Assembly: GCA_965198175.1 (NCBI GenBank)
Contig: OZ240245.1
Location: 2,912,001 to 2,976,000 of the forward strand
Length of the DNA: 64,000 nucleotides
Source: Candidatus Poribacteria bacterium
Lineage (GTDB): Bacteria > Poribacteria > WGA-4E > PCPOR2b
Reading direction: 5' to 3'
Positions 19,083-29,981 of the stretch are shown one piece after another (position 1 is the stretch's first letter; each line of letters starts with the position of its first letter). The notes beneath the pieces are model-generated. The model ran no database searches. It was given only the letters and a program-made list of their open reading frames with translations, and was not told the origin of the DNA. The position numbers and the translations under genes are program-made.

Positions 19083-22000
19083 ATGCCAAACCCTTACAGC
19101 GAAGACCAACTCGTAGAACAACCCGCCATCGCCCTGCTCGAAGAACTCGGATGGGAGACGCTGGACTGTTACGGCGAATTCGATCAGGGCAGTAGTCCGC
19201 TCGGTAGAGAGCACAGGGACGAGGTTGTTTTGACATCGAGGTTACGCGCCGCACTGGAACGTCTAAACCCCGATGCGTCGGTTGCGGCAGTTGACGCAGC
19301 GATTGAGGAGTTGACCAAATTCCGTGCGACTATGAGCCTCGTCGAAGCCAACTGGGAGATTTACAGCCTGCTGAAGGATGGCGTGAAAGTTACCGACACG
19401 GCGCCGGACGACGAAGGCGAAACCGTCGTAGACCTAAAGGTGATTGACTGGGAGTATCCGGAGAACAATGATTTCTTTTTGGCGTCACAGTTCTGGATTA
19501 CCGGCGAGATGTACACCCGAAGACCGGACGCAGTCGGCTTCATTAACGGGCTGCCGTTGGTGCTAATGGAGTTCAAACGGCTCGACGAAAATGTCTACGC
19601 TGCCTTCAACTACAATCTCCGGGACTATAAAGACACGATTCCCCATCTATTCTGGTACAACTCGCTGGTTATCCTCTCCAACGGCTCAGAGAGCCGCGTC
19701 GGCAGCCTCACAGCCAGTTGGGAACACTTCGCCGAATGGAAACGAATTGAAGGTGAAGATGAAACCGCGGCGGTTTCGTTGGAGACAATCCTGCGCGGGC
19801 TCTGCGACCATCGGCGGCTGCTTGACATCGTTGAGAACTTCACCATCTTCATGAAACCCCAAGGCGGATCAATCAAGCTCACCGCCAAGAACCATCAATA
19901 TCTAGGGGTGAACAACGCGATTGAAGCCTTGAAAGGTATTGAATCCAATCGCGGAAAGCTCGGTGTCTTCTGGCATACACAGGGCAGCGGGAAGGGCGTC
20001 TCAATGCTCTTTTTCGCACAGAAGGTTCTCAGGAAAATTCCGGGTAACTGGACCTTTGTCGTCGTTACGGATCGAAAAGAGTTGGACACTCAAATCTACA
20101 AAACTTTCGCCAGTGCGCGCGGAGTTGTGGGGCATCAGGAGGTTCACGCAGAAAGTGTAGCGCACCTCCGTCAACTCCTACGGGAAGACCATCGCTACAT
20201 TTTCACACTGATCCAAAAATTCCAGACCAAAGGTGCTGAGAAACACCCAGTTCTTTCAAATCGATCAGATATTGTCGTCATTACCGATGAATCCCACCGC
20301 AGCCAGTACGACGCATTGGCATTCAACATGCGTACAGCGCTGCCCAATGCGGCGTTTATCGCTTTCACTGGGACGCCACTAATCGCTGGTGAGCAAAAGA
20401 CCCGTCAAGTGTTTGGGGAATATGTCTCAATCTACGACTTCAAGCAGTCGGTTGAGGACAGCGCCACCGTACCGCTCTATTACGAAAACCGCGTTCCCGC
20501 CGTGCAATTAGTAAACGAGGATCTCAACGAAGATTTCGCACAAATCCTTGAGGCGGCGGACCTTGATGAAACTCAGGAAAACAGGATTGAGCGGGAGTTT
20601 GCCACACAGTATCACGTGATCACGCGTGATGAACGCTTGGAAGCTGTCTCGGAAGATGTTGTCTCGCATTTCATGGGGCGCGGATATCGGGGTAAGGCGA
20701 TGGTCATCTCAATTGACAAAGCCACCGCTGTCAAGATGTATGACAAAGTGCAAAAGCATTGGGAAGATTACCTTGTGGCGTTGAAGGTTAAAATAAAGGA
20801 CGCCGCTGGAGACACCGAACGTAAACCCCTTGAGGCAAAAATCCAATACATGAAAGAGACTGATATGGCAGTGGTGGTCTCCCAGTCGCAGAACGAAATT
20901 GACGATTTGAAAGAGAAGGGCGTGAACATTGTGCCGCACCGGGCTCGTATGGTCGCTGAGGACTTGGATACCAGATTCAAAGACCCTGACGATCCGTTCC
21001 GAATTGTTTTCGTCTGTTCGATGTGGATGACCGGCTTTGATGTGCCGGCTTGTTCGACGATTTATCTTGACAAACTGCAACGCAACCATACCTTGATGCA
21101 GACAATCGCCAGAGCCAACCGAGTCTTCGGAGACAAAGTCAACGGCTTGGTTGTTGATTATATCGGAATCTTCCGCAATCTTGAGCGCGCGTTGGCGATT
21201 TATGCGGAAGGCACCGATGAGGATGGTAGGCACCCAATTCGGGATAAATCGGAGCTTGTCGTGGTACTCCGAGGTGCAATCGCTGAAGTCAATGAGTTTT
21301 GTGCGCACCGCGGCGTTGACCTCGCCAAGATTGAGGCGGCGGAACCAGAAACTTTTGAACGAGCTCGTCGAATCAACGACGCAGTTGACAAGCTACTGGT
21401 CAACGATGAAACTAAACGTGATTATTTGCAACGCGCAAATAACATCTCCAAGCTATACAAGGCGATTCTTCCCGATTCCGCGGTGAATGAATTTAGGGAA
21501 ATCTGCAGCCTCATCAAGCTGATTGCGGAAAAAATCAAAAACCTGGCGCCATCGGCGGATCCCTCCGATGTGAGGAAGGAAATTGAAGACCTACTGGACC
21601 AGTCAATCCTGCCGACAGGTTACATCATAAAGGAAGAAGGGGACTATAAAACTAATCAGATCGTCGATTTGAGTCAGATCGACTTCGATCAACTCCGTGA
21701 AAGATTCAAGACGCAACGCAAGCAGATTGAAGCCGAAAAACTCAGGGGCGCAATAAACAGGAAACTATCCCAGATGATTCGGCTAAATAAAACACGAATG
21801 GATTATCAGGAAAGATTCGCGCAGATCATCGCAGAGTATAACGATGCCGCAATTGACGTTGATGTGTGGCTCGAACAAATGATCGCTTTGGCGGGAGAAC
21901 TTAATGAGGAGGAAAAACGTACCGTCGCCGAGCAACTGTCTGAGGAGGAATTAACAGTGTTTGACCTGCTCACCCACCCCGAACCCGAATTGACTGAATC

Positions 22001-22250
22001 CGAAAAGAAACAGTCCAAAGATGTTGCCCGAAAGCTGCTTGAGACACTCAAACGGGAGAAACTCGTCCTTGATTGGCGCAAACAACAACAATCTCGAGCC
22101 GTCGTTAAGCTCAGTGTTCGAGAGATACTCGATGAACTGCCGGAATGTTATGCCCGGGACGTATACGATCAGAAATGTGCAGCCGTGTATCAACACATCT
22201 TCGAGTCATACTACGGAAATGGCAAGAGCATTTATGAAGTTGCGGCGTGA
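19083..22250 (+). CDS. hsdR: Type I R-M restriction subunit
   Basis: RPDAVGFINGLPLVLMEFK nuclease motif, HTQGSGK, DESHR, AFTGTP, TGFD, QTIARANR. Confidence 0.95.
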   Translation: MPNPYSEDQLVEQPAIALLEELGWETLDCYGEFDQGSSPLGREHRDEVVLTSRLRAALERLNPDASVAAVDAAIEELTKFRATMSLVEANWEIYSLLKDGVKVTDTAPDDEGETVVDLKVIDWEYPENNDFFLASQFWITGEMYTRRPDAVGFINGLPLVLMEFKRLDENVYAAFNYNLRDYKDTIPHLFWYNSLVILSNGSESRVGSLTASWEHFAEWKRIEGEDETAAVSLETILRGLCDHRRLLDIVENFTIFMKPQGGSIKLTAKNHQYLGVNNAIEALKGIESNRGKLGVFWHTQGSGKGVSMLFFAQKVLRKIPGNWTFVVVTDRKELDTQIYKTFASARGVVGHQEVHAESVAHLRQLLREDHRYIFTLIQKFQTKGAEKHPVLSNRSDIVVITDESHRSQYDALAFNMRTALPNAAFIAFTGTPLIAGEQKTRQVFGEYVSIYDFKQSVEDSATVPLYYENRVPAVQLVNEDLNEDFAQILEAADLDETQENRIEREFATQYHVITRDERLEAVSEDVVSHFMGRGYRGKAMVISIDKATAVKMYDKVQKHWEDYLVALKVKIKDAAGDTERKPLEAKIQYMKETDMAVVVSQSQNEIDDLKEKGVNIVPHRARMVAEDLDTRFKDPDDPFRIVFVCSMWMTGFDVPACSTIYLDKLQRNHTLMQTIARANRVFGDKVNGLVVDYIGIFRNLERALAIYAEGTDEDGRHPIRDKSELVVVLRGAIAEVNEFCAHRGVDLAKIEAAEPETFERARRINDAVDKLLVNDETKRDYLQRANNISKLYKAILPDSAVNEFREICSLIKLIAEKIKNLAPSADPSDVRKEIEDLLDQSILPTGYIIKEEGDYKTNQIVDLSQIDFDQLRERFKTQRKQIEAEKLRGAINRKLSQMIRLNKTRMDYQERFAQIIAEYNDAAIDVDVWLEQMIALAGELNEEEKRTVAEQLSEEELTVFDLLTHPEPELTESEKKQSKDVARKLLETLKREKLVLDWRKQQQSRAVVKLSVREILDELPECYARDVYDQKCAAVYQHIFESYYGNGKSIYEVAA

Positions 22251-22341
22251 TTAACGTCCGTTAGTATACCCATTATTCAACCCAATCCCCGAAGAGTTCG
22301 CCATAGTGTAGAAATACTTTCTTTGACTAAGGGAGGAAAAC

Positions 22342-23133
22342 ATGAGTCCCACAAACACTGACGAAAGCTGGAAAACCGAAATGACAGTCACCGATGAACA
22401 GGTGGCTTTCTACAATGAGAACGGTTATCTCAAATTTGGCAGGATTTTTACGCAAGGGGAATTAGACGAATTGCGCGATTACGTAGACAGCATGATCGCA
22501 GCACTCCCCGAAGGCAAACGCCCAGAACACATGGACGTGCCGCACTTTGAACACCCCTATCTGTTTAAGTACCTCGCAGATGCGCGTGTGCTGGATGCGA
22601 TTGAACGCTTCATCGGACCTGATATTCTTCTCTGGTCGAGCCACTTTATCAGCAAACGAAAGAGCGACGGTCTTCCGGCGCCGTGGCATCAGGACGGCGT
22701 CTACTGGGATGGACGCTTGCAACCGATGCACGTTATCACGCTGTGGCTCGCGGTGGACGAATCAGCAGTCCAAAACGGTTGCATGCGCGTGATCGCTGGC
22801 AGCCATAAACTCAGGGATCGACGGTACGAGGGGGTTGATCCGGATAAGCACATATTTGGCAGCGAAGTCGTCGCTGAGGATATGGATGCGTCCAGGATTG
22901 TCGATCTGGAGTTGGCGGTCGGCGAATGCCATTTCCACGATGGGTTTACCATCCACGGCTCCGCCGCAAACACCTCGCAACAGCGTCGATGCGGCTATAC
23001 GATGCGCTACATGCCTGCGGATGTCCGCTGCCATGACCCGTCGTTGAGACCTGATCATCATATCTATCTGCTGCGTGGTGCGGATCGAACGAGCGGTTTC
23101 AACACTTACACCCCGGTACCGGATTTTTCCTGA
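22342..23133 (+). CDS. phytanoyl-CoA dioxygenase (PhyH) family Fe/2OG oxygenase
   Basis: PWHQD, NGCMRVIAGSH, HGSAANTSQQRR. Confidence 0.9.
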   Translation: MSPTNTDESWKTEMTVTDEQVAFYNENGYLKFGRIFTQGELDELRDYVDSMIAALPEGKRPEHMDVPHFEHPYLFKYLADARVLDAIERFIGPDILLWSSHFISKRKSDGLPAPWHQDGVYWDGRLQPMHVITLWLAVDESAVQNGCMRVIAGSHKLRDRRYEGVDPDKHIFGSEVVAEDMDASRIVDLELAVGECHFHDGFTIHGSAANTSQQRRCGYTMRYMPADVRCHDPSLRPDHHIYLLRGADRTSGFNTYTPVPDFS

Positions 23134-23230
23134 GTGATAAGCTGAGAACTTTTATTTTCTAACGCATTACCGACGTGGTATACTCATTATAAAATTTAAT
23201 CCCCCAAGAAATGACCTTGGCGGAGGACAA

Positions 23231-23905
23231 ATGACGAACATAGAAACCGACGATCCCAACGACTACGGACGTCGCCGTCTAGATCACGCTATGGAGATGC
23301 AGCAGAGAGGGTTCCTAGAGGTTGCCATCCCATACTACACTGAAGTCATATCGCTAGACCAAGTCGGCCCTGCCATTTTGAATGATGCCAGTGACAAACG
23401 TGGGGAGTGTTACCTCAAAAAAGGCGATTTTGAGTATGCCATCAAAGATTTTGACCGAGTGATAAAAGAGATGCCTGACGGCACCGATTTCGCCAGAGTC
23501 TATAAGAATCGCGCTACTGCTCACTTCCGCGCAGGCAATTTTGACTGCGCCATCGAAGACTTTACCAAGGCGATAGAACTGAAGCCCGATTATGCCGGCG
23601 TCTACCGCGTTCGCGGCGTGGTTTACTGCAAAAAGGGCGAGCTTAACCTTGCAATTGAGGACTTTACGAAGGTGATAGAACTGAAGCCCAATTATGCCAT
23701 AACCTATTACAACCGAGGTGTGGCGTGGTTGCACGTGGGGGAGTGGGAAAGAGCCAAGTCAGACCTGATGAACTCTACGCGCATGAAGATGAATAATATT
23801 GCTGCCTTCCGGAACGATTACGCATGCGTTGAGGACTTCGAGCGGAAACACGGAATTCAACTGCCGGCTAACATCACCGCATTGCTTAAGCCACATAAGC
23901 CGTGA
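23231..23905 (+). CDS. tetratricopeptide repeat protein
   Basis: Repeated AIEDFTKAIELKPDYA-type units. Confidence 0.9.
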   Translation: MTNIETDDPNDYGRRRLDHAMEMQQRGFLEVAIPYYTEVISLDQVGPAILNDASDKRGECYLKKGDFEYAIKDFDRVIKEMPDGTDFARVYKNRATAHFRAGNFDCAIEDFTKAIELKPDYAGVYRVRGVVYCKKGELNLAIEDFTKVIELKPNYAITYYNRGVAWLHVGEWERAKSDLMNSTRMKMNNIAAFRNDYACVEDFERKHGIQLPANITALLKPHKP

Positions 23906-23962
23906 ATGATGACAGACTGAGAACGCTTCGTCCGCATCATCCAGATTCGAACGTGTCCTCCC

Positions 23963-23992
23963 TTGAAACCTTGATGGAGTGTCTGCTATAAT
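23963..23992 (+). promoter_or_regulatory. sigma70-type promoter upstream of the WD40 gene
   Basis: TTGAAA-18 nt-TATAAT with a TG extended -10. Confidence 0.55.
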
Positions 23993-24180
23993 GGTTGCAT
24001 GGATTGGCGACTCATGAGCTTGTCTCCGTGGAGGCTAGTGCGAATGACTTGTCTGAAGGACAATTCCCGAATCGACACCTTTTCTGTTGACCTCAATCCG
24101 AAGTGTTCAATGCCGGCTCTGAACCGAACATCTCGAGAATCGAATCAATCGCAGTTCAACCGGAAAGGAGAAAACCTCTG

Positions 24181-27100
24181 ATGAAAAAAGCGCTCTTTTT
24201 CGGCATCGCCCTCTGGTATGTCTCATTACAATTTCTATCCAGCGCACCCGCGCAAGAGTACTCACGATGGAACTTGCCCGAAGGAGCTATACTGCGCCTC
24301 GGTAAAGGGACGGCATATGACCTCGCATATTCACCAGATGGTGCTGAACTTGCAGTGGCGAGCAGTATCGGGGTCTGGCTCTATAATGCCCACACCGGCG
24401 CGGAAATCGCCCTACTCACAGGGCACCCGGATGGCGCGCGTTCCGTAGCCTTCTCGCCGGATGGTAAGACGCTCGCCAGTGGGGGTTCGGAGCATGTCGT
24501 CAGCGGAAGTTGGGACGGCACGATTCGGTTGTGGGACGCCGCCACAAGGGCACATATCCTTACCCTTGAGGGGCATGAGCGCGAGGTCAATTCCGTCGCT
24601 TTCTCACCAGATGGAAGCACCCTTGCCAGTGGGAGTGCGGACAATACGATTCGCTTGTGGGATGTCGTGACGGGGGAACACAGGCGTACGCTAAAGGGGC
24701 ACACGATTCGCGTTAACTCTGTAGCGTATTCCCCGGATGGAAAAATTCTCGCCAGTGGGAGTAGCGATAAGACGATTCGCTTGTGGGATGCTGTGACTGG
24801 AAAACGCAAGCGTACCCTTAAGGGGCATACGAGTAGAGTCAATTCTGTTGTGTACTCCCCAGATGGACGTACCCTCGCTAGTAGGAGTAACGACAAGACG
24901 ATTCGCTTGTGGAATGCTATAACGGGAAAGCACGAGTTTACTCTTGGGGGGCATACGATGGGGTTGGATTCCATTGCATATTCCCCAGATAGTAGCACCA
25001 TTGCAAGTGGGAACGAGTTCGATGCAATTCAGTTAAGGGATGCCACCACTGGAGGACTCAAGCAGACCATTGAGCGGACCGGGTTGGTCAATGTCGTCGC
25101 ATATTCGCCAGATGGGCGCACTCTCGCCAGTAGTAGTGAGTATGGTACAATTCAGTTGTGGGATGCTGTAACGGGCAGACTCAAAGAGACCCTTGAAGGG
25201 CATGGGATCGGAATTCATTCCGTCGCGGTCTCCCCGGATAATCAAATCATCGCCAGTGCGAGTTTTACGACTCGGTTGTGGGATGTTAACACGGGACAAC
25301 CCAAGCCGATTCGCAAAGGGCAAAAGGGAGCCTTCTCGATAGCGCTTTCCCCGGATAACCGCACACTTGCCGCCGGGAGTTATGACGGGACAATTCCGTC
25401 ATGGAATGCTCACACAGGCGACCACAAGGGGACGCTTGATGGACATAAGGATTGCGTCTATTCTGTCGCCTTCACCCCAGATGGGAACATTCTCGCTAGT
25501 GGGAGTAAGGACAAGACGATACGCCTGTGGGATTTCGTCACAAGGGAGCTCAAGCAAACGCTAAAGAAACATAAGGGGGAGGTCAAATGTGTTGTGTTTT
25601 CCCCTGATGGGCGTACCCTAGCCAGTGGAAGCGAGGACAAGACAGTTCGGTTGTGGGATGTCGTCTCCGGGAAACTAAAGAATACCTTGGAGGGACATAC
25701 AGGTATGGTCAACTCCGTTACGTTTTCTCCGGGTGGTAAAACCCTCGCCAGCGGAAGTTCGGATAGGACCATTCGGCTATGGGACGCAGTGGCGGGAAAA
25801 CACCAGCGAACGCTTAAGGGACATACGGGGATCATTGAGTGCATCACATACTCGCCAGATGGAGGTACCATCGCCGCCGGAAGTTGGGACAAAACGATTC
25901 GGTTGTGGAATGCAATAACCGGAGCACACAAAGGTACCATTGAGGGACATACGGACGCTGTCGAGTCCATCGCATTTTCACCAGACGGGAACACCCTCGT
26001 CAGCGGAAGCAGGGACGGGACAATCCTTACCTGGTCCGTTGACTTAGCGACAGCCTCGCCACCTTTGAGAGAGCCGGCTAAAGTTATTGGACATCAGCCC
26101 GCTGGGGAGTATATAAGGTGGAGTTTGCCCGAAGGGGCTATACTGCGCCTCGGTAAAGGGACAACATACGACCTCGCGTATTCACCAGATGGCGCTCGGC
26201 TCGCCGTGGCAACTAGTATCGGGATTTGGCTCTATAATGCCCACACTGGCGCAGAAACCGCCCTGTTTGCTGGGCACATGGATGGGGAGCGCTCCGTCGC
26301 GTTTTCCCCGGATGGTAAAACGCTTGCTAGTGGAAGCATGTGGAATTTCCGTGGTGGGAGAGTGAGAAGTACGATTCGGTTGTGGAATGTCGCCACAGGG
26401 GAACTCAAGCAAACGCTTGAAGGACACATCCTTGATACCAATGCCGTTTCGTTCTCCCCGGATGGAAACACCCTCGCTAGTGGGGGTTTTGGAAAGATTC
26501 GACTGTGGGATATCGTAACAGGGGAAATCAAGCATTCCCTTGAAGGGCATAAATACCACGTTTACTCTGTGGCGTTTTCCCCAGATGGAAACACCCTCGC
26601 CAGCGGCGGCGCGGACAACAAGATTCGGCTGTGGGATATCGTGTCCGGAAAACTCAAACGCACACTGAAAGGGCATGCGGGCCGGGTCAATTCCGTCGCC
26701 TATTCACCGGATGGTAAAACCCTTGCCAGTGGAAGTGAAGACCAAACGATTCGGCTATGGGACGCCGTAACGGGTAAGCGCAAGAAGACTCTTCGCCGGA
26801 ACACACGAACTTTTGCCCAGTTATGGAAGCACGTGAAGCGGACATTAAAAGGACATACAAGAGGGGTCAAATCCGTGGCTTATTCCCCGGATGGCAGTAC
26901 CCTTGTTAGTGGCGGCGAAATGATTCGGTTGTGGGATGCCAACACAGGAGAAATCAGACGTACCCATACTGTTTCGTGCGATGCTATTGCGTATTCGCCA
27001 GATGGGAACACGCTTGCAATCGGGAGTGAATACGGTACAATTCAGTTGGTGGACGCCGTGACGGGCAGATACAAGCGGACCCTTGAAGGGCATGAGATTG

Positions 27101-27957
27101 GGGCAAATTCCGTTGCTTTCTCTCCGGACGGAGGCGCCCTCGCCAGCGCGAGTTATAGGGTTCAGTTGTGGGATGTCTCCACTGGGCACGACATGAAAAC
27201 CATTAAAGGAAGTAAAGGAGCTTATTCCGTCGCGTATTCCCCGGATGGTCGCACCCTCGCCGCTGGAAGTGTTGACAATATCACTCCGCTGTGGGATACA
27301 GATTCAGGAGACGACAAAGGTACCCTTGAAGGACACACGGATTTGGTCTATTCCGTCGCGTTCTCCCCAGATGGAAATACCCTCGCCAGTGGAAGTAGCG
27401 ACAAGACCATTCGGTTGTGGAATGCCAACACAGGCGACCAAAGTCATTCTCTTAAAGGACATAAGCGTGAGGTCATGTCCGTCGCATTCTCCCCAGATGG
27501 AAATACCCTCGCTAGTGGGAGTGAAGACAAGACCATTCGGCTTTGGGATGTCGTAACTGGGAAACATAAGCGTACCCTTGAGAATCACACGGATGAAGTC
27601 GAATCTGTCGCATTCTCCCCAGATGGAAGAACCTTCGCCAGTGGAAGTGGAGACAAAACCATTCGGTTGTGGGATACCAACACAGGGGAAAATCTGCTCA
27701 CGCTTAAAGGGCATAAGAATCAGATCAATTCCGTCGTATTCTCCCCAGATGGGAACACCCTCGCCAGCGGGAGTGTGGACAGGACCATTCAGTTGTGGAA
27801 TACTGCAACAGGGAGGCACAAGCGTACCCTTGAGGGACATTCGGCTTCAGTCGATTCCGTCACTTTCTCCCCGGATGGGAACACCCTCGCCAGTGCAAGT
27901 CAGGATGGAACAATTCTGCTCTGGACGGTAGAACCAACGCCGACTTCGTCACCCTAA
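24181..27957 (+). CDS. secreted WD40-repeat protein made of two duplicated halves
   Basis: Signal peptide MKKALFFGIALW...APAQ, RBS AAAGGAG; many GH..V.SVAFSPDG.TLASGS.D.TIRLWD repeats; W[NS]LPEGAILRLGKG occurs twice. Confidence 0.92.
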   Translation: MKKALFFGIALWYVSLQFLSSAPAQEYSRWNLPEGAILRLGKGTAYDLAYSPDGAELAVASSIGVWLYNAHTGAEIALLTGHPDGARSVAFSPDGKTLASGGSEHVVSGSWDGTIRLWDAATRAHILTLEGHEREVNSVAFSPDGSTLASGSADNTIRLWDVVTGEHRRTLKGHTIRVNSVAYSPDGKILASGSSDKTIRLWDAVTGKRKRTLKGHTSRVNSVVYSPDGRTLASRSNDKTIRLWNAITGKHEFTLGGHTMGLDSIAYSPDSSTIASGNEFDAIQLRDATTGGLKQTIERTGLVNVVAYSPDGRTLASSSEYGTIQLWDAVTGRLKETLEGHGIGIHSVAVSPDNQIIASASFTTRLWDVNTGQPKPIRKGQKGAFSIALSPDNRTLAAGSYDGTIPSWNAHTGDHKGTLDGHKDCVYSVAFTPDGNILASGSKDKTIRLWDFVTRELKQTLKKHKGEVKCVVFSPDGRTLASGSEDKTVRLWDVVSGKLKNTLEGHTGMVNSVTFSPGGKTLASGSSDRTIRLWDAVAGKHQRTLKGHTGIIECITYSPDGGTIAAGSWDKTIRLWNAITGAHKGTIEGHTDAVESIAFSPDGNTLVSGSRDGTILTWSVDLATASPPLREPAKVIGHQPAGEYIRWSLPEGAILRLGKGTTYDLAYSPDGARLAVATSIGIWLYNAHTGAETALFAGHMDGERSVAFSPDGKTLASGSMWNFRGGRVRSTIRLWNVATGELKQTLEGHILDTNAVSFSPDGNTLASGGFGKIRLWDIVTGEIKHSLEGHKYHVYSVAFSPDGNTLASGGADNKIRLWDIVSGKLKRTLKGHAGRVNSVAYSPDGKTLASGSEDQTIRLWDAVTGKRKKTLRRNTRTFAQLWKHVKRTLKGHTRGVKSVAYSPDGSTLVSGGEMIRLWDANTGEIRRTHTVSCDAIAYSPDGNTLAIGSEYGTIQLVDAVTGRYKRTLEGHEIGANSVAFSPDGGALASASYRVQLWDVSTGHDMKTIKGSKGAYSVAYSPDGRTLAAGSVDNITPLWDTDSGDDKGTLEGHTDLVYSVAFSPDGNTLASGSSDKTIRLWNANTGDQSHSLKGHKREVMSVAFSPDGNTLASGSEDKTIRLWDVVTGKHKRTLENHTDEVESVAFSPDGRTFASGSGDKTIRLWDTNTGENLLTLKGHKNQINSVVFSPDGNTLASGSVDRTIQLWNTATGRHKRTLEGHSASVDSVTFSPDGNTLASASQDGTILLWTVEPTPTSSP

Positions 27958-28120
27958 CCCTCGAAGTAATCGTCGGCAAGCAATCCCACCTTGCATATAT
28001 ATCACAGGCGTCGACCACTTTGACACTTCAGCAAATGGTGCGTTGACGCATTTCAAACGGACAGGCAGGTCGTCGGTTCACTACCAGAATCACACTAACG
28101 AATAGGGGTTCAAATTGCAA

Positions 28121-29875
28121 ATGGATCCAATCAAATTCGAAGTCATTCGCAATGCGCTAGTCGAGGCGACGGAAGAGATGGCGATTGCCCTGCGCCGCAG
28201 CGCGTATTCCACCAACATCAAGACCAGAGCCGATTTTTCCTGCGCCTTCTTCGACCGCAAGTTGCAGCCTGTTGCCCAAGCGTTCACGCAACCAGTTCAC
28301 CTAGGATCGCTAACCGAATTCGTGCCGAAAGTGATCCGAGAGTATGGACCAGAAAACATAGAACCGGGCGATGCAATTCTCTCCAACCACCCCTACCTGG
28401 GCGGTGTTCATCTGAACGACATTACGCTAATCTCGCCGGTGTACCACCACTCACCTTGCACAGTCTACCCCGACGGCTCACTTGGAACGAGTGTCCAAGT
28501 TTCCGACGAGAGAGAGCAGAGGAAGGGCGAAGTCTTCGGCTACGTTGCAAACCTGGCTCACCATGTAGACGTGGGCGGCGGTGCGCCCGCGAGCATAGGC
28601 GCCTTCCGCGAGGTCTATCAAGAGGGCATCATCATCCCTCCGGTGAAGCTTGTGCGGCGAGGAGAAATTGTTCCAGATATCTTCCGGCTGGTGCTAGGTC
28701 AGATTCGCTCCAAACATGAGACGGCGGGCGACTTTCGAGCACAAGTGGCGGCGAACAACACCGGCGTGCGCCGACTGAATGCACTTCTAGATCGGATTGG
28801 CTCGGAGAGCGTCGCCTTCTACGTTGAAGAACTGCTCGACTACACAGAGCGTCGAACACGCGCGGAGCTAGCCAAACTCCCCAAGGGAATCTTTACCGCC
28901 GACGGCTATGTCGACAACGATGGCTTCACCGATGAACCGGTGCATCTCGTAGCAAAGATGGTCATTGACGGCGACGGCGCCCTCTTCGATTTGACCGGCT
29001 CTGACCCCCAACGGCGTGCGCCAGTGAATTCCACGTATGCCCAGACCTTCTCCGCTTGCGCCTATGTTCTCAAGAGTCTCCTCGATCCGGACCTTCCGGT
29101 CAACGCGGGATTCTACCGTCTGGTACGCATCTTGGCGCCGCCGGGAACGGTGGTCAACTGCACATCGCCAGCACCTGTGGTCGGAGGTTGGGAAACGCAA
29201 GTGCGGCTCAGCGACGTCCTACTGAAGGCACTCGCTCCGGTCCTCCGAGACCGCATTCCGGCAGGGACGAAGGCGATGATGGCGCAGGTAGGCTTTGGAG
29301 CCACACATCCCCGCACAGGTGAACTCTACGCTTTCTACGAAACGCTGGCTGGCGGCTACGGCGGCAGAGCGGCGAGCGATGGCCCCGACGCGGTACAGTG
29401 CCATGGTCAGAACACAGAAAATGCGCCAATCGAGGAAACTGAGATTAACTACCCAGTTCGTATTAACCGTTACGAACTCATAGATGATTCAGATGGGGCA
29501 GGCGAGCATCGCGGCGGATTGGGGTTGCGGCGCGACTATTTCTTTGACCATGAAGCCTCGTTCACCATCCTGGCAGATCGCGACCGGTGGGGGCCGTGGG
29601 GTCTCTTCGGCGGGCTACCTGGAAAGGTAGCAAGCTATGTGCTGAACCCCGATACTGACGCTGTCAAACTCGGATCCAAGGTGACCGTGCAGCTCAAGCC
29701 GGGTGACGTGGTGAGTTTTCGCACCTGTGGCGGCGGCGGTTACGGCCCGCCTGAAGCACGCGACCCACAAGTGGTGTTGCGCGATGTGCGCGACGGCAAA
29801 GTTAGCCCGGCGCGGGCGAGAGAAATCTATGGTGTATCTATCGACACAGACACATGGACAGTGGAGAAAACGTAG
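28121..29875 (+). CDS. hydantoinase B / 5-oxoprolinase family protein
   Basis: MDPIKFEVIRNAL, DFSCA, HLNDI, AHHVDVGG, GGGGYG. Confidence 0.92.
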   Translation: MDPIKFEVIRNALVEATEEMAIALRRSAYSTNIKTRADFSCAFFDRKLQPVAQAFTQPVHLGSLTEFVPKVIREYGPENIEPGDAILSNHPYLGGVHLNDITLISPVYHHSPCTVYPDGSLGTSVQVSDEREQRKGEVFGYVANLAHHVDVGGGAPASIGAFREVYQEGIIIPPVKLVRRGEIVPDIFRLVLGQIRSKHETAGDFRAQVAANNTGVRRLNALLDRIGSESVAFYVEELLDYTERRTRAELAKLPKGIFTADGYVDNDGFTDEPVHLVAKMVIDGDGALFDLTGSDPQRRAPVNSTYAQTFSACAYVLKSLLDPDLPVNAGFYRLVRILAPPGTVVNCTSPAPVVGGWETQVRLSDVLLKALAPVLRDRIPAGTKAMMAQVGFGATHPRTGELYAFYETLAGGYGGRAASDGPDAVQCHGQNTENAPIEETEINYPVRINRYELIDDSDGAGEHRGGLGLRRDYFFDHEASFTILADRDRWGPWGLFGGLPGKVASYVLNPDTDAVKLGSKVTVQLKPGDVVSFRTCGGGGYGPPEARDPQVVLRDVRDGKVSPARAREIYGVSIDTDTWTVEKT

Positions 29876-29981
29876 ACGGCAAATCCGTAAGCAGACAATG
29901 TGGCGAAGTGAAAACCTGAACTGAAGATGAAACTGTACTTTGAGATTGCGCAGCCAATTACAGAATAAGGAGATACAGCGG

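Noticed and set aside
24181..27957. Periodic DNA repeats and long antisense ORFs
   Set aside because: Explained by WD40 coding repeats; the antisense frames are by-products
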